DNA of 64,000 nucleotides, from positions 1 through 64,000 of the IMG/VR virus record IMGVR_UViG_3300028608_000006; one strand, written 5' to 3'. Shown here in pieces: positions 57,110-64,000 of this stretch. The translations under genes and the position numbers were made by a program. Numbering within the stretch: the stretch's first letter is position 1; each line of letters opens with the position of its first letter. Below the pieces are notes generated by a model. That model ran no database searches and was not told the origin of the DNA. It worked only from the letters and a program-made list of their open reading frames with translations.

Positions 57110-58612
57110 TTACGCTTTACGACCGAGTTCGCCCAACGTCAGTACCCGCAGATTAGCGATCGCACTGGTATGAATGTAGATGAACTCTTCAGTCACCACC
57201 AGTGTGCTGTAACGCAGACCTTGTTCGTTACGCGTATCCGTGACAACCCAGACTTGAACGGCCGGATCTTCCACGGAGTTAAACGCGTTACGCTCAGGAA
57301 TGTCGTAACCCACAGACAACATGATCGGCACTGGCTTAACCGAGTTGCGATGTTCGACGTTCACTTTGATTGTCGTACGCAGCTGATTGAAGTCAGGATG
57401 CACTTTCAACTTGGTGACGCCCTTGCCGTTGACTTCCTTGACGTAGATCATGTCAGTGATGTCGTAGAACTTGGCGTGACCAAAGACGTTGTTCTCGTCC
57501 TTCTCCAACCAAGCCTTCATGATCACGTCCATCCCCACCAGGAAATCCCGGATACGGTAAGACATCATGGTTGGCTTGATCAGTTCGATCAGCACAGGTC
57601 GACCGTTCTGTTTAACAAACGGAGAGACCAGTTGATGCTTGACTGGCAACGCAGGCACTGTGTCCACCAACCGGGCAACGTCTTTCGACACTACATGGTT
57701 GAGGTCACCCGCTGACAAGTAACCGTCGGGATTGTCGATGCGCTTAACTGTGTAGTTGAAGAGCTTGTCGAGAATCTCAATTGGCTTCTTGGTAAACAGC
57801 TTGGAGTACGTCACGTCAGGTGTAAGCTTGCCGTAGTAGTTCTTGTCGGGTTCAACCTTACCGAAGTCGTAGACTCGGTACCCGTGCTTCTCTTCAAAGA
57901 ACTTCTCAGGCTCATGCGTGTTGAAGTACCAGCGGCTAGCGCTAACCAGTTTGTTGAAATCGACTTCTGGGTTCTCGTAATCCTTGCGGGATTGAACGAC
58001 CAGATTGGATTCCTTATCGAAACCCCACTTGGAGATGACTTCCGCCAAATCCAATTGTTTCTGAGCGTCACGGTTACCCATGCCACCTTCAGCCGAACCG
58101 GTGAAGTCGAAGAAGATCTTGCGACCTTTGACAGCGTTGAATTCGTCCAGTTGCAGAACGATCAAATCGATCAACGCTTTCTCGTCTTTCTTCAAGACGT
58201 ACTTACCGATCTTGACCTCAGGCTCAGCGAGAGTGAGTGCCTTCACTTTGGTAAAGGCTTCCATCTCTTTATGCGGAGTCACGATCCAGACATTGGTAAG
58301 CTTCTGCTGGTTAGCGTGGGTGAGGACCTCCAACAGACCCTTCATCATTGCTTCCACCGGAGTGTGAGCGTTGGGAACGGTCAGGCTGAGGATATCCTCC
58401 ACGACTACCACGGTGTTAGGTTTCTGAGGGTTGCCGGTGTAGTAGCCTGTGGAAGTTGGAACGTCTTTGGCTAGTTTCTTCTTCCCTTCCTGCCCACGGT
58501 CATAAGTGTAGCCGTGACCGCCCAGGAAGTAGTGTTTCTTATGGCTCCCTTCTTCGGCTACGTTGGCAACCAGATAAACCACCATGTTTATCTCGGGGAT
58601 TTTATCGTCCAT
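57110..58612 (-). CDS. RNase H-like protein (phiKZ gp155 position), catalytic residues apparently altered; start uncertain
   Basis: GGHGYTY, VEAMMKG, GNRDAQK..LA, WYF and YGKLTPD features plus synteny after UvsX. Confidence 0.55.
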   Translation of the reverse strand: MDDKIPEINMVVYLVANVAEEGSHKKHYFLGGHGYTYDRGQEGKKKLAKDVPTSTGYYTGNPQKPNTVVVVEDILSLTVPNAHTPVEAMMKGLLEVLTHANQQKLTNVWIVTPHKEMEAFTKVKALTLAEPEVKIGKYVLKKDEKALIDLIVLQLDEFNAVKGRKIFFDFTGSAEGGMGNRDAQKQLDLAEVISKWGFDKESNLVVQSRKDYENPEVDFNKLVSASRWYFNTHEPEKFFEEKHGYRVYDFGKVEPDKNYYGKLTPDVTYSKLFTKKPIEILDKLFNYTVKRIDNPDGYLSAGDLNHVVSKDVARLVDTVPALPVKHQLVSPFVKQNGRPVLIELIKPTMMSYRIRDFLVGMDVIMKAWLEKDENNVFGHAKFYDITDMIYVKEVNGKGVTKLKVHPDFNQLRTTIKVNVEHRNSVKPVPIMLSVGYDIPERNAFNSVEDPAVQVWVVTDTRNEQGLRYSTLVVTEEFIYIHTSAIANLRVLTLGELGRKA

Positions 58613-58658
58613 TGTGAGCTGCTCTGATAAGAAGTTGATGTCACGCATTAGATGAGGA

Positions 58659-59126
58659 TCAAGGTAACTTTTTAGAGTCGGCTGGTGTGCACATTTTGAG
58701 TAGCACATCGTTATTGGTCTTCAGCCTTTCGTTCTCAGCCAACGCCCGGATAAGATAGGGACGCAGGAAGTTGTTCTCATCGGTAAGCTTGATGTTGTTT
58801 TTGAACAGCAGCAAGTTCTCTTGTTTGACCAACGTCATCTGCTTGTTGAGACTGTCGTTGATGCGTACAAAAGCTTTCAGTGGACCCCCATCCGTGGGAT
58901 CGAAGAGCAGGCTAACTTTGGAGACACCTGCTTCCATGTCGGATAGATCAATGCGTAGGTTAATATTGGCCATCAGTAGACCAATAGTTGCCCACGACAA
59001 AATAGCAATGAGGAAGACGGCAGACTTGAGTACAGAAGTAAGTTGTTCTTCGACCGTCGCTCCCTTAACAAAACGCAAGACAAATTCTATGAATCTGTCG
59101 GCCAGCTCCTTCAAGAGCCCAAACAT
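58659..59126 (-). CDS. membrane-anchored coiled-coil protein (155 aa)
   Basis: TM segment VFLIAILSWATIGLLMA followed by heptad repeats. Confidence 0.65.
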   Translation of the reverse strand: MFGLLKELADRFIEFVLRFVKGATVEEQLTSVLKSAVFLIAILSWATIGLLMANINLRIDLSDMEAGVSKVSLLFDPTDGGPLKAFVRINDSLNKQMTLVKQENLLLFKNNIKLTDENNFLRPYLIRALAENERLKTNNDVLLKMCTPADSKKLP

Positions 59127-59158
59127 AAGAGATTTCCTTACTTTCTAGGTGGAAGATC

Positions 59159-60499
59159 ATGACAACGAGTTATCTTTCTTTTGGCAGCATAGCACAACTC
59201 CATAACAACGGTCCATTGACAGCTTCCGTAATCGGTGAACTGTCTACCAAAGCACAGACGTACGCTAAGGACCCCGGCAGATTTGGTCTGAAGGGTGTCG
59301 CTAGCGATACCATGCTGTTCAACTTCCTGTCCCAAAATAACAACGTCGACATCATCATGCCGCAAGCAATTGCGGAAGCCCAGATCGGCATCGGCAACTG
59401 GCTTTACGCGCAGGCTAAAACCGGTAACATCACCGGCAGTCGTCCAAACACTCTTGCGTTGTTGCAAGCCACCTTTACTAACAACATCGAAATCACCGAC
59501 ATCGGTGAGATGGTTACCAATAACGATATCTGGTTCCCAAGTTTCGTACAGGGTAATCACATCGTTTCGGGCGTAAAGCAGAGCTTCTATCTGTGGTTCG
59601 CTAACCAGTACTTCCTGGAGCAGTATCCAAAGGTCTCGTTTACAATCGTTCACCCAGTGCCGCTGGACGATATCGACCAGCTGATGAACATGAACTATCT
59701 TCAGCTCGAAGAACGGTTCGCACTGGAAACCCCGATCGTTATCGAGGACCGTACTCACGCGCTGACCAACCAAAGCGAATGGCCGTACACCGAACGTAAC
59801 GTGATCTCGTTCCAGATCATGGACTTGATCAACACGCCGAAGTTCGTCAACGGCTACTGGCGCTACCTGGAATGGGGTAACGGCGAAGATTCGGAAGATC
59901 AACTCTTCGACCAGATCAAACAGGAAATTCTGGATAACTCCGAGTTCCCTGAATCGAAGTGGGAAGACAAGATCCCCGATCTGTTCAATCCGATCGAGTT
60001 CTATGTGCTGCCGTACTTCAACCGTCTCGGCGTTGTGAACAAGACCAACGGTGCCAGCTCGCTGTCGCCAATTGTTGACCGCGAAACCATGATGGCTCTG
60101 GTCGACAAGTTCTTGACGCCTAATATGACGCCACAGCACGTCATAAAATCCACCCAAGTCATTCCGTTCCTTTATAAGTCAATGGCTTGCGCGTTTGTTG
60201 CGAAGTTGAACAACCGCTCCGGAATGGAAAAGATCTCCGCGATCGTTCCCGATTACCAACTGATTCCGTCCACTGACCCAGACTTCGACATCATGTCCGG
60301 CGCCACCATGGAGTTCATCCGTCAAATGGAGAACTTGCTGGCAGCGGCTGAAACAGTTACCCCGTATACCCTGACTCCAATCGGTATCACCCGCATCGTT
60401 CGCTTCGGCAAGGTGTGCGTGGCTCGCCGTATTGGCAAAGTGAAATACATCGTCGTCACCCGCTGGCAGTACCTGGAAGACGACGTCATTGAGAGCTAA
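59159..60499 (+). CDS. virion structural protein (phiKZ gp157-like, 446 aa)
   Basis: FGSIAQLHNN......IGELS and WEDKIPDLF.P.EF motifs recalled from this family; synteny. Confidence 0.65.
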   Translation: MTTSYLSFGSIAQLHNNGPLTASVIGELSTKAQTYAKDPGRFGLKGVASDTMLFNFLSQNNNVDIIMPQAIAEAQIGIGNWLYAQAKTGNITGSRPNTLALLQATFTNNIEITDIGEMVTNNDIWFPSFVQGNHIVSGVKQSFYLWFANQYFLEQYPKVSFTIVHPVPLDDIDQLMNMNYLQLEERFALETPIVIEDRTHALTNQSEWPYTERNVISFQIMDLINTPKFVNGYWRYLEWGNGEDSEDQLFDQIKQEILDNSEFPESKWEDKIPDLFNPIEFYVLPYFNRLGVVNKTNGASSLSPIVDRETMMALVDKFLTPNMTPQHVIKSTQVIPFLYKSMACAFVAKLNNRSGMEKISAIVPDYQLIPSTDPDFDIMSGATMEFIRQMENLLAAAETVTPYTLTPIGITRIVRFGKVCVARRIGKVKYIVVTRWQYLEDDVIES

Positions 60500-60504
60500 G
60501 TGAT

Positions 60505-61155
60505 ATGGCGACTGAAAATAACGTGATCCCGTCGATTAACGCGGCGGGTCGGTTTGAAGCTTTGGCACCGTTTGACACAGTAGTGATCCCCTCTACTTAT
60601 TACACGGTAGAAGCACTGCGTACCATCCACGAAATGCAGGCGTTGAAACTGAACCTGTATGAGCTGGTGTTTAAACCCATCGGTGTGCTGGAAGCGGATT
60701 ACAACACGGTGCTGGAGCGTGCTCGTTCTTACGGCGCGATCATCGTTACCCTCACCAGTCGCTTCGGCCCACCGGTTTACGTACTGAGCAACTACTTCAA
60801 GTCCTTCCCGTTGATTGATGGGGTGTCCTACGAACGTATGTGCTTGATCGTTGACTTCGGTCCGTGTCCTCCCAGCATGAAAGATACCTTTGCTCAGGCA
60901 CAGGCGCACATCCAGCAATACTGCAAAGCCACCATCGGTATGGACAGTCAGGTTAAACTCGGCACTGTTCCTACCATTGGTTACGTTTCGCAGGCACAGG
61001 CTGAGTTCTTTGAGACGACCCGTAAGAACCTCATCACTGATGGTGACAACGACATCGCAAAGATCAACAACCTGCAAACCAAGCTGGTGCAGAAAGATGC
61101 GTACATTGCGCAGCTGGAAGCTCAGTTAGGTGCATTGGTTCCTCCAGCCCCATAA
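60505..61155 (+). CDS. probable virion structural protein (216 aa)
   Basis: Operonic with the gp157-like gene; C-terminal coiled coil. Confidence 0.6.
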   Translation: MATENNVIPSINAAGRFEALAPFDTVVIPSTYYTVEALRTIHEMQALKLNLYELVFKPIGVLEADYNTVLERARSYGAIIVTLTSRFGPPVYVLSNYFKSFPLIDGVSYERMCLIVDFGPCPPSMKDTFAQAQAHIQQYCKATIGMDSQVKLGTVPTIGYVSQAQAEFFETTRKNLITDGDNDIAKINNLQTKLVQKDAYIAQLEAQLGALVPPAP

Positions 61156-61166
61156 GGCGAACATAT

Positions 61167-61204
61167 CCCCTACCCATTCCCCTTGATGGCGGAATGGGTA
61201 GGGG
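61167..61204. terminator. bidirectional hairpin between convergent genes
   Basis: CCCCTACCCATTCC...GGAATGGGTAGGGG. Confidence 0.8.
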
Positions 61205-61210
61205 TATGGT

Positions 61211-62689
61211 TTATTTCACGCGACGGATAGTACCCAGCGCGATACCGTCAGACAGGTCAGCGACTTCACGGTAGTCGTACGGTTTGATCAGCGGGTTGCC
61301 CAGGTTGATCAGGAACGCGTACAGTGCTTCGATGAAGCCTTCGGTGTAACGGTTGAACAGCGTGTTCACGAAGTCCAGATCTTCTTCGGTGATACGCTCT
61401 GGTGGAACGCCCGGTTTGTATTCCCAAACGATCCAGCTGTTCAGGTCGAGGCCGATGTTGACACCGGTAGCGGACTTGGCGGTCAGCTTGCGGATAACGT
61501 CGTTGGCGACTTCTTGTACCAGCGCCTTGCCGTAGCCAATGCCGAAGCCGTAGATGCGCTTGGTGAAGTGGCTGGCGGCGTACAGGATGGTCTTCAGCTT
61601 GTCGTCGAAGACAGCCTGGATAACCGGGTGCTGGCTGATTATGGCGCGGACGCCGTCGATTTCACGGTTGATCTGGTTGCGGTAGTTGTTGATCTGCTTC
61701 ACGGCCACCAGAACCTTCTTGTCCTTACCGTTCCATTCGAAAATGGTGGTAGGGTCTTCACCCAGCGAGATCTGACCGTTTTCAGGCAGCTTCGGGTAAA
61801 CCTTGTCGAGGGTTACGTTCAGGTGCTTGAAGTTGTCGATCGCTTTGAAAGCCAGATACAGGTCGTGGTCTTTCTCGATGTCAGCGTTAACCAACACGTT
61901 GGCTTTGAGAGTAGCCAGACCCAACTTGTTCGAGATGGTCAGCTTCAACTTCTCAGTCAGGTTTTCGACGGCAATGAAGTCACCGTTGACCAGACCTTCC
62001 ATTGGGTCCTTCTCGAACATCGGTGTCTGGTAGAACGACATCGGATACTCTATAGGGAGCTTGGATACGTTCAGCATGAAGCCACGGTCTTTCATGCTTT
62101 GCAGGGCTTGTGGTTGCACGCACCACTCGATGGTCGCGTCGTCCAGCACAGCTTCCATCCAGCGCTCGAAGCGGGATTCACGTACCACGAAGGTGTGGGA
62201 GTTGGCCTCGGTCTGGAAACGCACGTAGCGAACTTCTTCTTCGTCAACCAGACCTTGGTAGGTGTAGATAGACAGTTGTTCAGGCGGTGTTGGTACCAAG
62301 TCCATGAAGAACTTGACCAACCCGGCGTTACGGCGCTCAGAGACCGAACTCAGGACGCTGGAGTAGTTCGCTGGGCGTACGGCTGGCGGGTAGATCATGG
62401 TCATGGCATTAACCACGAGGCCGTCGTGTGGGATCTCCTGACCCTGCCAGATTGCCGGGACGTCAACGAACTTGCCAGCTGTCAGATCCATTGGCTCGGA
62501 GTAGCCTTCTTTAGGGAGGCTCGCCAGATACTCGTCACGGAACGCATTCCAGTCTTCGGCGCTGCCCTCGTAACCTTTGCTGGCGGCTGTCTCGTAATTC
62601 ATGCCGGGGTTCGCTGCGAAATCGGCGATCGACACGCCGTGTTTAAGTTGTTCTGCGGTCAGGTCGATAGGGGTCAGTTGTTCAGTCAC
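61211..62689 (-). CDS. hypothetical protein (492 aa, GTG start)
   Basis: AAAGGAG RBS 7 nt before GTG 62689; very strong codon bias. Confidence 0.7.
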   Translation of the reverse strand: MTEQLTPIDLTAEQLKHGVSIADFAANPGMNYETAASKGYEGSAEDWNAFRDEYLASLPKEGYSEPMDLTAGKFVDVPAIWQGQEIPHDGLVVNAMTMIYPPAVRPANYSSVLSSVSERRNAGLVKFFMDLVPTPPEQLSIYTYQGLVDEEEVRYVRFQTEANSHTFVVRESRFERWMEAVLDDATIEWCVQPQALQSMKDRGFMLNVSKLPIEYPMSFYQTPMFEKDPMEGLVNGDFIAVENLTEKLKLTISNKLGLATLKANVLVNADIEKDHDLYLAFKAIDNFKHLNVTLDKVYPKLPENGQISLGEDPTTIFEWNGKDKKVLVAVKQINNYRNQINREIDGVRAIISQHPVIQAVFDDKLKTILYAASHFTKRIYGFGIGYGKALVQEVANDVIRKLTAKSATGVNIGLDLNSWIVWEYKPGVPPERITEEDLDFVNTLFNRYTEGFIEALYAFLINLGNPLIKPYDYREVADLSDGIALGTIRRVK

Positions 62690-62865
62690 TTCATTGCTCC
62701 TTTCGTGGAATCGTGTGCAGGGGATGTCCCGCATGGGGTAACTTTGTAAATGTTGCCGCCGTAAGGTGATGGTGTCTTTGTAATCTCGATACGGCTAAGC
62801 TGCGGTGGAATCTGTATAGATACAAACCCCAGTTCCGCAGTATTTGTTTTTGGTTTGTTATCCAT
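62686..62865 (-). CDS. small hypothetical protein (59 aa), not in ORF track
   Basis: MDNKPKTNTAELGFVSIQIPPQ...GAMK; GGAG RBS; GTGA overlap with the next gene. Confidence 0.55.
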   Translation of the reverse strand: MDNKPKTNTAELGFVSIQIPPQLSRIEITKTPSPYGGNIYKVTPCGTSPAHDSTKGAMK

Positions 62866-62895
62866 TTGTTACTCCAAGATTAGGACAAAAAGATT

Positions 62896-64000
62896 ATGTA
62901 TAACCCATTCTCGGTTGGCGTAAAACAAACCGGAGTCTACGTTCATGTGACTGGCGTTTCGTTTTACAACCTAGCCAAGGACATCGAGAAGTTCTACAGC
63001 ACGGCGCTGGTCACAAAGTATATGATTCGCCGTGAAAGCTGGGACACAATCAAAGTCCATAATTTCTACTTGGTTGAGCTGCACTTCTTGTTAGGTGAAT
63101 TGCTCAAGCTGAAAACACTGCGTAGCCGTCGTCGTTCTCTTAATGAGCTGCGTCAGCTGTTGGAAACTGATACGTGGATCAAGGACACGGTCACGCCTTC
63201 TGGTAAACCTTTCGACTTTAAGCGACTGGATGCCTTTACCAAGAGCCCTTTCCCTAAACAACGGGAGTTCTTGGAACAGTATCCCCTGATCACCAAGAGT
63301 TACCACCTTAAAGGCATCCTGCTGGACTCTGTACCGGGTTCGGGTAAAGCGATGCCCAAGAGTACCAAGGTTAAGGTACCGGGCGGCTGGAAGGCTCTGG
63401 GAGCGATTCAGGTAGGCGATCAGGTCATGACCCCTTCAGGTCGTGTGTCTGATGTGTCGGGTGTGCATGATCAAGGTGTAACTGACGTTTACCGCTTCTA
63501 CTTCGAAGACGGTCGTTGGGCAGACTCTCACCCTGAACACTTGTGGCATGTGGATGAGGTCAGTGTTGTAGATGGCGAAGTGGTCATTAGCCCTGACAAC
63601 GTAACCACGACGCAAGACATCCTCGATCACTTCCAAGACTACGAGTATCAGATCCCGCTGGTTAGCAAGATCGATGGCTTGTTGTCGGGTGAAGGTTTCG
63701 CTTCCATTGAGGTGGCTGAAGAACTGTTGCTGTCAAGTATAGCAATAGACGATCCAGTCCTAGAATTACCGTATTCAGAACGCTTTAATATTGCCAAGGC
63801 GATGTTGGGTCGTTCCGGCTGTCAGATCTCTGCGGGGAGTGTTGCCTTTGTTACTTCTAACACCATGGCGGCATCTAACTTCCAAGCCTTGATCTGGAGC
63901 TTGGGTGGTATTGCTGAGAAGACGGCTATTGTTGACGTCGGTTACCGGGTAGATGTTTACCACGGCGAGATCGAAGAACTGGTGGCTGATCTGGTAGGCC
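62896..64000 (+). CDS. SF2 (DEAD/UvsW-like) helicase, 5-prime part, intein-containing; runs off the window
   Basis: My translation is open from ATG 62896 to the end: ...FPKQREFL...KGILLDSVPGSGK (Q motif and Walker A), then the intein. Absent from the ORF track because there is no stop. Confidence 0.75.
   Translation, partial: MYNPFSVGVKQTGVYVHVTGVSFYNLAKDIEKFYSTALVTKYMIRRESWDTIKVHNFYLVELHFLLGELLKLKTLRSRRRSLNELRQLLETDTWIKDTVTPSGKPFDFKRLDAFTKSPFPKQREFLEQYPLITKSYHLKGILLDSVPGSGKAMPKSTKVKVPGGWKALGAIQVGDQVMTPSGRVSDVSGVHDQGVTDVYRFYFEDGRWADSHPEHLWHVDEVSVVDGEVVISPDNVTTTQDILDHFQDYEYQIPLVSKIDGLLSGEGFASIEVAEELLLSSIAIDDPVLELPYSERFNIAKAMLGRSGCQISAGSVAFVTSNTMAASNFQALIWSLGGIAEKTAIVDVGYRVDVYHGEIEELVADLVG
63349..64000 (+). 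mobile_element. intein (partial, Ala-initiated, likely class 3) in helicase Walker A
   Basis: GK|AMPKSTKVKVPGGWKALGAIQVGDQV...VHDQG...YRFYFEDGRWADSHPEHLW; LIWSLGG LAGLIDADG remnant. Confidence 0.82.

Noticed and set aside
1-64000. tRNA, rRNA, CRISPR array or alternative genetic code
   Set aside because: No cloverleaf or repeat-spacer pattern was seen in intergenic gaps, and core genes translate full length with standard stops.

Overview
This window is 64 kb of a phiKZ-related (Chimalliviridae-type) jumbo myophage genome, slightly above 50% GC by eye (not computed). A PL7 alginate-lyase gene points to a Pseudomonas-like host. The conserved core comprises an intein-containing large terminase, three structural genes, tail sheath and tail tube, a head protease block, and virion RNA polymerase beta/beta-prime fragments. 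It also holds a 2679-aa tape measure with GH19 and M15-like muralytic domains, a UvsX/RecA-like protein, an RNase H-like protein and a truncated intein-containing SF2 helicase. An accessory minus-strand region (about 18.2-27.9 kb) is organised into modules by TATATTAC early promoters and long GC-rich hairpins. It encodes a dTMP kinase, a PP-loop protein, a NUDIX protein, a GNAT-like protein, an HD-like protein, secreted and lipoprotein-like proteins, and hypotheticals. The most notable items are two class-3-type inteins inserted right after Walker A GK (one starting with Met), a duplicated 54-bp terminator/promoter cassette, and a sequence-conserved hairpin family without U-tracts. Also notable are several apparent pseudo-enzymes, an early HslV-like protease gene and the alginate lyase. 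I saw no tRNA, rRNA or CRISPR array. Product calls come from motif recognition and recalled synteny with phiKZ, EL and SPN3US; no database search was run.
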